Positions 27,761 through 36,596 of a stretch of DNA of 64,000 nt are shown piece after piece. Position 1 is the stretch's first letter. The number at the start of each line of letters is the position of its first letter. The stretch comes from Eubacteriaceae bacterium UBA1433. Lineage in GTDB: Bacteria; Bacillota; Clostridia; Eubacteriales; UBA1433. The notes below the pieces were generated by a model. That model worked only from the letters and a program-made list of their open reading frames with translations. It was not told the origin of the DNA and did not search any database. Both the position numbers and the translations under genes were made by a program. The stretch spans positions 463,135-527,134 of the forward strand of contig DCTT01000026.1 in the NCBI GenBank assembly GCA_002329295.1, read 5' to 3'.

Positions 27761-28023
27761 AGTCTTTTTCCTCCCGCTACATTATGCACATGCACCCATT
27801 GTCCTTTGGCAATGGGACAAGTGGCTTTTCCGATAGAATAACCGTATTTGATAATGTCTTCGCCTTGTGCCAGATCACTCAAACTGATTTTGTGGGCAAA
27901 GGGAATGTCGTCTTGCGCAGAAAAAAGGACGTCTTCGTTTAAAATGATTTTGTCGCCCTTTTTGATTTCCGAAAGACACATGGCCACATTGTCTTTGGGA
28001 TGCAGTTGAATTGCGTTTCTCAT
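27757..28023 (-). CDS. UxaA-family small subunit (SAF domain)
   Basis: MRNAIQLHPKDNVAM... SAF-type N-terminus. ATG 28023 follows AAGGAGGG. Its stop overlaps the large-subunit start (ATGA). Confidence 0.8.
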   Translation of the reverse strand: MRNAIQLHPKDNVAMCLSEIKKGDKIILNEDVLFSAQDDIPFAHKISLSDLAQGEDIIKYGYSIGKATCPIAKGQWVHVHNVAGGKRL

Positions 28024-28069
28024 CAGAAACCCTCCTTTTGACAATAAAAGACTTGCAATCGTTTAATAT

Positions 28070-28098
28070 ATTGTAGTATGCTTTAAAGGCAATGTCAA
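28070..28098 (-). promoter_or_regulatory. Sigma-A-type promoter of the SAF/UxaA-hydrolase-glpK operon
   Basis: On the minus strand: TTGACA (28098-28093), 17-nt spacer, TACAAT (28075-28070). Confidence 0.65.
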
Positions 28099-28140
28099 CG
28101 AAACCGATGACGAACAGCATGTTGTGTGAAAAGGAAAAGG

Positions 28141-28617
28141 TTATTTTTTTAAAAGGGTAGAGAAAAATTTATTTTTTTCGAGAAAAATCAGCAGAGGAAG
28201 CCCGAGGCCGTAACAGGCCAACAGTTGTCCTGCAGCCACCCAGAACATGGCGAGCAAATAGTGGACGGAGAGCATGGTTTTGAGAACGTATCCCACTATA
28301 AAGGCATTGAACAGAACGGCCGGAAGGGGAACGAGGTATTTGTTTTTGAGTTTGCTTGCAAAAAAGGCGGCAAGGGTAGTGGCCAGCGTGCCGAAGACAA
28401 TGTCAATAAGCCCGAACGGACTGGACAAGTTTGCCAATAAGCATCCCAAAGCAAGTCCGGGGATGGCAGCGGGGGTAAAGTAGGCCAATACGCAAAGACC
28501 TTCAGCAATTCGCACTTGCATCAGCGAGTAGCTGATAGGGGCAAACAAAATTGTTAAGACAAAATAAACGGCTGCAATAAGGGCAGATTTGGTCAAAAAC
28601 AAAAATTTTTTGTTCAA
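28141..28617 (-). CDS. queT: QueT-family queuosine-precursor transporter (ECF S-component-like)
   Basis: 158 aa with 5 TM helices. Block ...LMQVRIAEGLCVLAYFTPAAIPGLALGCLLANL... TTG start lies 10 nt after AAGGAGGA. Confidence 0.75.
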   Translation of the reverse strand: MNKKFLFLTKSALIAAVYFVLTILFAPISYSLMQVRIAEGLCVLAYFTPAAIPGLALGCLLANLSSPFGLIDIVFGTLATTLAAFFASKLKNKYLVPLPAVLFNAFIVGYVLKTMLSVHYLLAMFWVAAGQLLACYGLGLPLLIFLEKNKFFSTLLKK

Positions 28618-28723
28618 GATGCGCTATTCCTCCTTGCTCATAGGCAATTATTCACTATTTTGCGAAAAAAGTAAATATTTTTCTCTGATAATTTGGTATA
28701 ATGTACCAACCGGAGGTAAGAGT

Positions 28724-30022
28724 ATGTTGGAATGCTGCGTGGTTTTGGGCAGTGATGACGGGAAAAGCATGTTTGAACTCGGCATGTGGAAAGCCTGTAC
28801 AGATAATGATGTAAGAATCTGTGATATTGCAGGAGCCGCTTTTGGTGCCATCAATGCCGCTCTTTTTGCGCAAGGAGATTTTGAAAAAGCTGTTCGCCTT
28901 TGGACCCGAGCCTCTGAGAGCAAAATTTTCTCTGATTTTTATTCCCTTCGACGCAAATACTCTGAAAGCCTTGCAACGCCGGACAACAGACAAGTTTTAG
29001 CGCTGATTAAACGCATTGCCAAAGGAAACGAGCCGGTGCTCATAGAACTCGATGGGCTGCTCCGATCTCATATTGATGAAGAAAAAGTACGTCAAAGCAA
29101 CATTGGTGTGCATATTCCCATTGTTTCCGTGAAGAATTATCAGGCGATGGCCCTTGGCTTGGATACCATTCGCCCGGGGCAGCTGGTGAATATCATCAAA
29201 TTCAGCCTTCTTTCCTATTTGTTTTTTTCCATCAACAGTTCTGACTACGATATGAATATTTTGGATAATGCCGCTTACAAAGCAGTGAGCGGAAAGAATG
29301 CGCAAAGTATTCTTACACCTTATTTATATAACGCAGAAAAATTAATAGAAAATTATCCCGATGAAAACTTTATTATTGTGGAAAATTCGGAATACCTGGG
29401 GCTGTCTTACACGCATACCTTTGAAAGTTTAAAAAGAAATATTCAACTGGGTTTGTTAGACACGTTGAAGGCGATGGAAATTCTTAAAGGCAAAGAATAT
29501 TATATTGACCTATCCGCTTCTTCCAACCTCTATGAATGGTTTAAGACACATCTTTGTAGACCGTTTTTAGAAGATATAGACGAGAAAATCGGTCGCATGA
29601 TAGGTGTGCATAATACGGAAATACAGGCGAATATGCTCAAAGGTATGGAACTGTTGTCGCAAACTGGCAGATATCGCAATAGTGATGTATACTTAAGTGC
29701 ATTGGAAACTTCAGCAGCGATGCTCTATATTGAACGAGCAAAACGCTATAGTCCGGATGCCTTGATTAATGAAATCATTATCAGTGCAAATAACATTATT
29801 CAAAAAAATTTGGCTGCCATACAAGACGAAGAAAATATTTTAAAAGCCATGGGCAATCGCAAAGAGTTGCCGAGCTTTACCGACGAATCGAGCCCGGCGA
29901 TTAATTTGATTTATTTTTTGTGTGCGCCGCGAGATTCGAATATTTTTATGAATTTTATTGAGTCGATGAAGCCGGAGATGAAAGTGGTCATCATTACATT
30001 GGTCTATTTATTGGTGTATTGA
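28724..30022 (+). CDS. Patatin-like (PNPLA-fold) protein with degenerate catalytic motifs
   Basis: Start at ATG 28724 follows GGAGGT and an extended -10 (TGgTATAAT, 28694-28702). VLGSDDGKS replaces GGGxxG, and IAGAAFGAINAALFAQGDF replaces GxSxG. Confidence 0.6.
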   Translation: MLECCVVLGSDDGKSMFELGMWKACTDNDVRICDIAGAAFGAINAALFAQGDFEKAVRLWTRASESKIFSDFYSLRRKYSESLATPDNRQVLALIKRIAKGNEPVLIELDGLLRSHIDEEKVRQSNIGVHIPIVSVKNYQAMALGLDTIRPGQLVNIIKFSLLSYLFFSINSSDYDMNILDNAAYKAVSGKNAQSILTPYLYNAEKLIENYPDENFIIVENSEYLGLSYTHTFESLKRNIQLGLLDTLKAMEILKGKEYYIDLSASSNLYEWFKTHLCRPFLEDIDEKIGRMIGVHNTEIQANMLKGMELLSQTGRYRNSDVYLSALETSAAMLYIERAKRYSPDALINEIIISANNIIQKNLAAIQDEENILKAMGNRKELPSFTDESSPAINLIYFLCAPRDSNIFMNFIESMKPEMKVVIITLVYLLVY

Positions 30023-30042
30023 AATAGTTGCCTATAGAAAAA

Positions 30043-30068
30043 AGCTGTGTCGGACATAGCTTTTTTTA
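30043..30068 (+). terminator. Rho-independent terminator after the patatin-like gene
   Basis: agctgtg/catagct hairpin (one G-U pair) followed by T7. Confidence 0.7.
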
Positions 30069-30176
30069 TTTTTTGTATATTTAAAGGGGGAGGGAAGTTG
30101 TATACAAAAAATAACTGTGATAATATGAAAATGAAATGATATAATATATAGACTTTCAAAAAATGACAGGGAAAAC

Positions 30177-31142
30177 ATGAATAAATTTGAATATCTGCTG
30201 AACAACGAAGACATGGGTGCTTCCATTGTCGAAAATATCTTTATCAATCACTATATGCCCAATGCCGACGGCGAATATGTCAAAGTATATCTTTGGGGGT
30301 TAAAATATGCGTATTATGGCATGCCCGTGGCGATGAAAGATGCCGATATCGCTTCTGCGTTGGGATTGTTGGAAAGTGATGTGAGCAAAGCTTGGGCGCA
30401 TTGGCAAAAAGAAGGCATTCTTCGCATTATTCCCATCAGCAAAGAGGAAAAGACCATACAATATCTCAACATTAAATCGGTTGTCTTATCTTCGCGCAGC
30501 GGAGCAAGGCAAGAAAGCAAGGAGTTGCTGGAAAAAGAAAAAAAACGAAAACAAATGTTTTTGGAAATAGAAGATGTCTACAACCGACCACTTTCTTCTA
30601 AGGAACTCAGCGTGATGAACGCTTGGATCGATGAGTTTGGTTTTACGATACAAACAGTCTTGCTGTTGATTCATGACTGTGCATCCAGGGGACATACGGA
30701 ATTGAATTATGTGAGTCAGGTGGCGCAAAACTGGTATGATGCCAACGTGCGCACCTATGATGAGGGATTGGACTATTTGACAGAAAATAAAACAAAATGG
30801 GACCAATATTTTCAAATTTTTAAATATCTCGGATTTAACCGCATGCCGAGCAGAGCTGAACAAAAACTCATCGACGGATGGTTTGACACTTATGGCTTTG
30901 ATATGGAAATCATACAAAAGGCGTTGGATACCACGGTGGCCATAGACAAACCCAGCATCAAATATGTGGACAGCGTGCTAAAAGACTGGTTCGAAAGCGG
31001 CGAAATCAAAGAAAAACCGAAGAAAACTTCTGTGCGAAAAAAAAGCAAGCACAAATTATCAAATACCCACGAATACGATTTTGAAGAGCTGGAAAAACGT
31101 TGGCTGAACAAAACGGAGGAAATTGATGAAAAAGCTGATTGA
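30177..31142 (+). CDS. DnaD-domain replication initiation / helicase-loading protein
   Basis: 321 aa. Has a DnaD-like region (...LSSKELSVMNAWIDEFGF... repeated as ...EQKLIDGWFDTYGF...). It sits immediately upstream of, and overlaps, the DnaC-like ATPase gene. Confidence 0.75.
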   Translation: MNKFEYLLNNEDMGASIVENIFINHYMPNADGEYVKVYLWGLKYAYYGMPVAMKDADIASALGLLESDVSKAWAHWQKEGILRIIPISKEEKTIQYLNIKSVVLSSRSGARQESKELLEKEKKRKQMFLEIEDVYNRPLSSKELSVMNAWIDEFGFTIQTVLLLIHDCASRGHTELNYVSQVAQNWYDANVRTYDEGLDYLTENKTKWDQYFQIFKYLGFNRMPSRAEQKLIDGWFDTYGFDMEIIQKALDTTVAIDKPSIKYVDSVLKDWFESGEIKEKPKKTSVRKKSKHKLSNTHEYDFEELEKRWLNKTEEIDEKAD

Positions 31143-32088
31143 AGAGACGCAAAAAGAATATGCTTTGCGCCGCGAACAGGCGATATCTCAAGCTCAGCGC
31201 CGCAAAGAGAAGGTATTTGCGAATATTGACGGCCTCAGCGAAATCGAAGAAAAAATTGCGCAATTGGGTATCGTATCGCTGCAATCTTTGCATGACAAAG
31301 AAGATAATCGGATTAAAATATTTGAAGAAATAGACGCGCTGAAAAAAGAAAAACAGCGACTTTTAAAAGAAGCGGGATACAGTGAAGAGGAGTTTTTACC
31401 TGATTTTCAATGCAAAAAATGCAACGACAGCGGAGTGGTGGACGGAGAAAGCTGTATTTGTTTTAAACAGCAAGTGGCGGCAAAGCTTTATGGCACGACA
31501 TCACTGTTATCTGTTTTGGAAAAAGAAAACTTTGATACGTTTAATTTTGAATTATATTCCAACAAAGCCCAGAAAGGCAAAAAAAATCCGCGTCAAAACA
31601 TCAAGCAAATCTCTGCGGAATGTTTGCAATATACGGTTGATTTCGGCAGACATTCGGGCAATTTGATTTTTACGGGTGCACCGGGAGTGGGCAAAACGTT
31701 TATGATAAACTGCATCGTTGCCGAATTGCTGCAAAAGGGCGTATATGTCGTGTATATGACGGCGTATGATTTGATTGATCTGCTGCGAAAAAGCAAGCTC
31801 AGTGACTATGCGCAAACCATTGATGCTTCTTTTGTCGAAGCGCTGTACAATTGTGATTTATTAGCTATTGATGATTTGGGAACCGAAAATGCAACGGACT
31901 TTGCCATTGATGAATTTTTTAATTTAATCAACAAGCGCTTGCTGGACAAGAAGCAAATTATTTTGTCGACAAACTTAAACTTAAATGAATTGAATGAAAT
32001 GTATTCTGATAGAATTCTGTCGCGTATTATGGGATATTTTACGCCGTATGAATTTGTCGGCAGCGATTTAAGATTAAAACTGAATTAA
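31123..32088 (+). CDS. DnaC/DnaI-like helicase-loader AAA+ ATPase
   Basis: N-terminal Zn-ribbon-like CKKCNDSGVVDGESCIC, Walker A GAPGVGKTF, Walker B LLAIDDLG. Confidence 0.85.
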   Translation: MMKKLIEETQKEYALRREQAISQAQRRKEKVFANIDGLSEIEEKIAQLGIVSLQSLHDKEDNRIKIFEEIDALKKEKQRLLKEAGYSEEEFLPDFQCKKCNDSGVVDGESCICFKQQVAAKLYGTTSLLSVLEKENFDTFNFELYSNKAQKGKKNPRQNIKQISAECLQYTVDFGRHSGNLIFTGAPGVGKTFMINCIVAELLQKGVYVVYMTAYDLIDLLRKSKLSDYAQTIDASFVEALYNCDLLAIDDLGTENATDFAIDEFFNLINKRLLDKKQIILSTNLNLNELNEMYSDRILSRIMGYFTPYEFVGSDLRLKLN

Positions 32089-32097
32089 AAAAGTATA

Positions 32098-32145
32098 AAA
32101 TAAAATCAATTTTATAAAAAATAGTTGATTTTATTTGCTTTTTTT
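32098..32145 (+). terminator. AT-rich rho-independent terminator after the dnaC-like gene
   Basis: 12-bp arms aaataaaatcaa/ttgattttattt followed by gcT7. Confidence 0.5.
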
Positions 32146-32174
32146 GGAACTTGATGTATAATTATAATCTCAAA

Positions 32175-32188
32175 TGAATAATAATACA
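32175..32188. promoter_or_regulatory. ARG-box-like operator (ArgR/AhrC type) in front of argC
   Basis: aaTGAATAATAATACAat versus the AhrC/ArgR-type consensus caTGAATAAAAATTCAag (two core mismatches). It lies between a TATAAT-like -10 and the argC RBS. Confidence 0.5.
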
Positions 32189-32207
32189 ATCGAAAGGATG
32201 GTTGGCT

Positions 32208-33245
32208 ATGAAATATAAAGCGGGCATTATTGGTGCAACAGGTTATGCGGGAGTGGAGTTGGTGCGGCTGTTGTTAAGGCATCCTCATGCAGAGATCGCT
32301 GCCATTTCATCCGTTTCATACAAAGGACAAAAAATCAGTGAAGTATATCCTGCATTGGCAATGATATATGATGCGGTGTTGGAAGACGAACAAGCGGTCA
32401 TAGACAAAAGCGATGTAATCTTCGGCTCTCTGCCGCATGGACTCAGTGAAAACATTGCTTTGCAATGTGAAAAGAGCAGTAAAATCTTTATTGATTTGGG
32501 AGCGGATTTCAGATTGCAAAATGAAGAAGAATATCTTTATTGGTACGAAAACAATTTCCAATTTCATGATTTGCACAAAAAGGCTGTGTATGCCTTGCCG
32601 GAATTGAATCGAGAAGAAATCAAAAACAAAACCATTATTGCCAATCCGGGGTGTTATCCGACCAGTGTTGCATTGGGATTGGTGCCGGCTGTGAGCAAAG
32701 GGATTATTGAGAATCAAAGCATTATTATCGATTCCAAATCCGGTGTCAGCGGTGCGGGACGTACACCGACGCAAACGGCGCATTTTCCGGAGTGTAATGA
32801 AGCCTTTGCCCCATACAAAACAGCAACCCATAGGCATACGCCCGAGATTGAACAAACTTTGAGTCGTTATGCCGACGAAAAAGTCTATGTTACGTTTGTT
32901 CCGCACTTATTGCCGATTAACAGAGGAATTTTGACAACAATATATGCAAATTTGAAAACAGAAAAACATGTAGAAGAAATTCATGCAATCTATGAAAATT
33001 TTTACAAAAATGAGGCCTTTGTTCGCATTATGCCTATCGGACAAACCAGCAATGTGAAATATGTCCGCTATTCCAATTATTGCAATATTTCTTTGCATAT
33101 AGATCAAAGGACCGGACGGTTGATTGTTGTCAGTGCCATTGACAATATGGTGAAGGGAGCGGCAGGACAAGCGATACAAAACATGAATATTGTGCTGGGC
33201 ATTGCAGAAAAAGCGGGCTTAGAGATGAGCGCGCCCTGTGTGTAA
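32208..33245 (+). CDS. argC: N-acetyl-gamma-glutamyl-phosphate reductase
   Basis: GATGYAG NAD-binding motif and active-site ANPGCYPTS. ATG 32208 follows AAAGGATGG. Confidence 0.92.
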   Translation: MKYKAGIIGATGYAGVELVRLLLRHPHAEIAAISSVSYKGQKISEVYPALAMIYDAVLEDEQAVIDKSDVIFGSLPHGLSENIALQCEKSSKIFIDLGADFRLQNEEEYLYWYENNFQFHDLHKKAVYALPELNREEIKNKTIIANPGCYPTSVALGLVPAVSKGIIENQSIIIDSKSGVSGAGRTPTQTAHFPECNEAFAPYKTATHRHTPEIEQTLSRYADEKVYVTFVPHLLPINRGILTTIYANLKTEKHVEEIHAIYENFYKNEAFVRIMPIGQTSNVKYVRYSNYCNISLHIDQRTGRLIVVSAIDNMVKGAAGQAIQNMNIVLGIAEKAGLEMSAPCV

Positions 33246-33259
33246 AGTGAGGAAAGAAG

Positions 33260-34480
33260 ATGAAAATAGAATCTATCAAAGGCAATGTAGCGGCGCCCAA
33301 AGGGTTTTGGGCCGGCGGCATTCATAGCGGTATTCGCAAAAACAAAACAAAAAATGATTTGGCGTTGATTGTCAGCGAAACAAAAGCCAATGTGGCTTGT
33401 ACGTTTACATTAAATAAAGTCAAAGCTTCGCCGTTGCGTCAGACAATGAAAAATGTGGCAGACGGACAAGCGCAAGCGATTATTGTCAACAGCGGAAACG
33501 CCAATTCCTGTAATCCGGACGGTGACGAAAAAGCTGCCGCCATGTGTCGATTGGCGGCACAGACTGTAGGGATTGATGCTGCTGACGTAGTTGTGTCTTC
33601 TACAGGGGTTATAGGCAAACCTCTTCCGTTGGAACCCATCGAAAAAGCGCTGCCGGCTCTTTATGCATCGTTGAGCGATGAAGACGGCACACCGGCCGCC
33701 TATGCCATTATGACCACGGATACACGGATAAAAGAAATCACCGTTTCTTTTGAAATTGATGGGATAGCGTGTAAAATGGGTGCCATTGCCAAGGGTTCGG
33801 GTATGATTCACCCCAATATGGGGACGATGCTGGCCTTTATTACAACAGATGTGGCGATTTCTTCGGCCATGTTGAAAAGCGCTCTCGGCGATGTGGTAGA
33901 AGATACATTTAACATGATCAGCATTGACGGAGATACTTCCACCAACGACATCGCTTGCGTTATGGCAAACGGTCAGGCGGGAAACAAAGAAATTGTGGAA
34001 AAAGACAGTGCTTATGCGGATTTTGAAAAAGTGTTGCGCCATGTAAGTACATATTTGTCACGAGAGATTGCTCGAGACGGCGAAGGAGCCGGAAAACTCA
34101 TTGAATGCCGTGTAACAGGTGCAGAAAAAGAGAAGGATGCGAAGAAGATTGCCAAGAGTGTAATTGCTTCGTCACTGTTTAAAACCGCTATGGCCGGAGC
34201 CGATGCCAACTGGGGCAGAGTGCTTTGTGCGGTGGGGTATTCGGGCGCTGAATTCAATGAAAATGCGGTAGATATTGCATTGTCTTCAAAAGTAGGCATC
34301 CTCCATACTTGCAAGGACAGCATGGGGCTTGATTTTGATGAAGAGCTTGCCAAAAAAATATTGTCGGAAGACGAAATTGTCGTTGAGATTGTTTTGCACG
34401 ACGGAGAACACTGTGCCACGGCATGGGGTTGTGATTTAACCGGTGAATATGTCAACATCAATGCATCGTATCGCACATAA
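33260..34480 (+). CDS. argJ: Bifunctional ornithine acetyltransferase / N-acetylglutamate synthase
   Basis: Self-cleavage region GTMLAFITTDV. 406 aa. Confidence 0.92.
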   Translation: MKIESIKGNVAAPKGFWAGGIHSGIRKNKTKNDLALIVSETKANVACTFTLNKVKASPLRQTMKNVADGQAQAIIVNSGNANSCNPDGDEKAAAMCRLAAQTVGIDAADVVVSSTGVIGKPLPLEPIEKALPALYASLSDEDGTPAAYAIMTTDTRIKEITVSFEIDGIACKMGAIAKGSGMIHPNMGTMLAFITTDVAISSAMLKSALGDVVEDTFNMISIDGDTSTNDIACVMANGQAGNKEIVEKDSAYADFEKVLRHVSTYLSREIARDGEGAGKLIECRVTGAEKEKDAKKIAKSVIASSLFKTAMAGADANWGRVLCAVGYSGAEFNENAVDIALSSKVGILHTCKDSMGLDFDEELAKKILSEDEIVVEIVLHDGEHCATAWGCDLTGEYVNINASYRT

Positions 34481-34497
34481 AAGCAGAGGTATATAAG

Positions 34498-35337
34498 ATG
34501 TATCATGAAAAAGATCTCGCTGCTATCAAAACAAAATACAGCGGTAAGACGGTTGTAGTCAAATACGGCGGCAATGCCATGACGGGCAAAAATGCTGCGA
34601 TTTCATTGATGGATAATATTGTGCTGTTGCAATCACTGGGCGTACAAATCGTGCTTGTGCACGGTGGAGGTCCCGAAATCAATGCGATGTTAAAAAAGGC
34701 GGGAATCGAAAGTCGTTTTGTGAACGGGCTTCGTTATACCGACAGCGAAAGCATTCACATTGTGCAGATGGTGCTTGCGGGCAAAGTGAATAAAGATTTG
34801 AGCCTGCTCCTTGCGCAGCGGGGCGCAAAGGCCATAGGCGTTTGCGGATTGGATAGCGGTGTGATTGGCGCAGAAAAAATAACGACTGTGGATTTGGGTT
34901 TTGTAGGTCAGGTGAAAAAGATCAACGCAAAACCGCTTTATGATTTAATGTCGATGGGATATATTCCTGTGGTGGCTACGGTGGGCAGCGATGAAAAGGG
35001 GAACGTCTATAATATTAATGCCGATACGGCGGCCGGCGCCATTGCTGTCGAAATGAAGGCGGCGGCGTTTGTTTTGCTTACAGATGTAGCAGGCATTTTA
35101 AAAGATATTGAGGATGCAAAGAGCTTAATTGCCAAAATAGATGTACGGCAAGCCCGGCAGTATATGGAAAAAAAAGTCATAGACGGCGGAATGATTCCCA
35201 AGGCAAAATGCTGCATAGAGGCTGTAAACAACGGAGTAGACGGGGCTTATATTGCTGATGGCCGAAAGGAAAACATTTTTATTTCATGCTTGATAGAACA
35301 AGAAGGATGCGGTACACTGTTTGTAGAAAATATGTAA
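34498..35337 (+). CDS. argB: Acetylglutamate kinase
   Basis: VVKYGGNAM and VLVHGGGPEI motifs. 279 aa. Confidence 0.92.
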   Translation: MYHEKDLAAIKTKYSGKTVVVKYGGNAMTGKNAAISLMDNIVLLQSLGVQIVLVHGGGPEINAMLKKAGIESRFVNGLRYTDSESIHIVQMVLAGKVNKDLSLLLAQRGAKAIGVCGLDSGVIGAEKITTVDLGFVGQVKKINAKPLYDLMSMGYIPVVATVGSDEKGNVYNINADTAAGAIAVEMKAAAFVLLTDVAGILKDIEDAKSLIAKIDVRQARQYMEKKVIDGGMIPKAKCCIEAVNNGVDGAYIADGRKENIFISCLIEQEGCGTLFVENM

Positions 35338-35352
35338 AAATAAGGTGATGGC

Positions 35353-36528
35353 ATGATCAACGAAGAGGTAAAAAATCTCAGTAACGAGTATATCGCAAAT
35401 ACGTACAGTCGATTTGATGTAGCGATCGAAAGCGGAAACGGAGTTTTTTGCAAAGACTTTGACGGTAAAGAATATCTTGATTTTACCAGTGGAATCGGAG
35501 TGAATTCTTTAGGGTTTTGCGACAGTAAGTGGGCGGAGGCGGTTATTAAACAAGTCAGAACGCTGAACCATACGTCAAATTTGTATTATACGTTGCCCGG
35601 AGCCAAACTTGCCGCGAAACTTTGTTTGAAAAGCGGGATGAAAAAAGTCTTTTTTTCAAACTCCGGTGCCGAGGCCAATGAGTGTGCCATCAAAGCGGCT
35701 CGCAAGTACAGCTTTGACAAATATGGATCGGGACGACATGAAATCATTACCTTAGAAAATTCGTTTCATGGTCGCACTTTGGCAACGCTGTCCGCCACGG
35801 GTCAAGACGTATTTCATAAATTTTTTGATCCTTTTGTTGAAGGATTTGTTTACACAAAAGCCAATGATGCCCAGGAGCTGCTTTCAAAAATTTCAGAAAA
35901 AACCTGTGCGATTATGCTGGAAGTTATTCAAGGAGAAGGTGGCGTATTGGAGTTGCACAGTGCGTTTTTAGATGAAATTGTGGATGTGGCGCAAAAGAAA
36001 GATATTTTGATTATCGTAGATGAGGTGCAAACCGGTATCGGCAGGTGTGGTACATTGTTCGGCTATCAAGGATTTCAATTTTTGCCCAATATTGTATCTT
36101 GTGCAAAGGGATTGGCAGGGGGGTTGCCGTTGGGTGCAACGCTCTTTGACGAAAAAACCGCAGCAGTGCTCAGTGCGGGAAGTCATGCTACGACCTTTGG
36201 TGCAAATCCGATTATTTGCAGTGCGGCAGAGGCAGTATTGGATAGTTTGAATCAAGAAGTTTTGTTGGATATTATGCAAAAAGGCATTTATATGCGTGTA
36301 GAAATTGCGAAAATGCCTCATGTGCTGTCGGTCAACGGTCAGGGGCTGATGTTGGGCGTGGCATTGGATGTGGACAATAAAAGCGTTGTTGAAAAATGTT
36401 TGCAGGCAGGATTGTTGGTATTGACAGCGAAAGAAAAATTGCGACTGTTGCCGCCGTTAAACATCACGATAGAAGAAATAAAATCGGGATTGGAAATTTT
36501 GGAAAAGGTGCTAAAAAACATCGAATAA
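35353..36528 (+). CDS. argD: Acetylornithine aminotransferase
   Basis: Class-III aminotransferase blocks DEVQTGIGRCG and the PLP-Lys region SCAKGLAGG. Confidence 0.9.
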   Translation: MINEEVKNLSNEYIANTYSRFDVAIESGNGVFCKDFDGKEYLDFTSGIGVNSLGFCDSKWAEAVIKQVRTLNHTSNLYYTLPGAKLAAKLCLKSGMKKVFFSNSGAEANECAIKAARKYSFDKYGSGRHEIITLENSFHGRTLATLSATGQDVFHKFFDPFVEGFVYTKANDAQELLSKISEKTCAIMLEVIQGEGGVLELHSAFLDEIVDVAQKKDILIIVDEVQTGIGRCGTLFGYQGFQFLPNIVSCAKGLAGGLPLGATLFDEKTAAVLSAGSHATTFGANPIICSAAEAVLDSLNQEVLLDIMQKGIYMRVEIAKMPHVLSVNGQGLMLGVALDVDNKSVVEKCLQAGLLVLTAKEKLRLLPPLNITIEEIKSGLEILEKVLKNIE

Positions 36529-36534
36529 CAAAGA

Positions 36535-36560
36535 AGCAGCGATAACAGCGCTGCTTTTTT
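36535..36560 (+). terminator. Rho-independent terminator of the arg operon
   Basis: agcagcg/cgctgct hairpin followed by T6. Confidence 0.75.
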
Positions 36561-36596
36561 CGAAAGAAAGTTATTTTTAACAAGGAGGGATCTGAG

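Noticed and set aside
28618-28723. A preQ1 riboswitch expected upstream of queT.
   Set aside because: QueT genes are often preceded by preQ1-I or preQ1-II elements. I could not find the P1 hairpin plus A-rich tail (..ACCC..AAAAAACTA..) of preQ1-I, nor a convincing preQ1-II fold in the ~100-nt leader. Only a TTCGCAAAATAG fragment is reminiscent. A cmsearch is needed to settle this.
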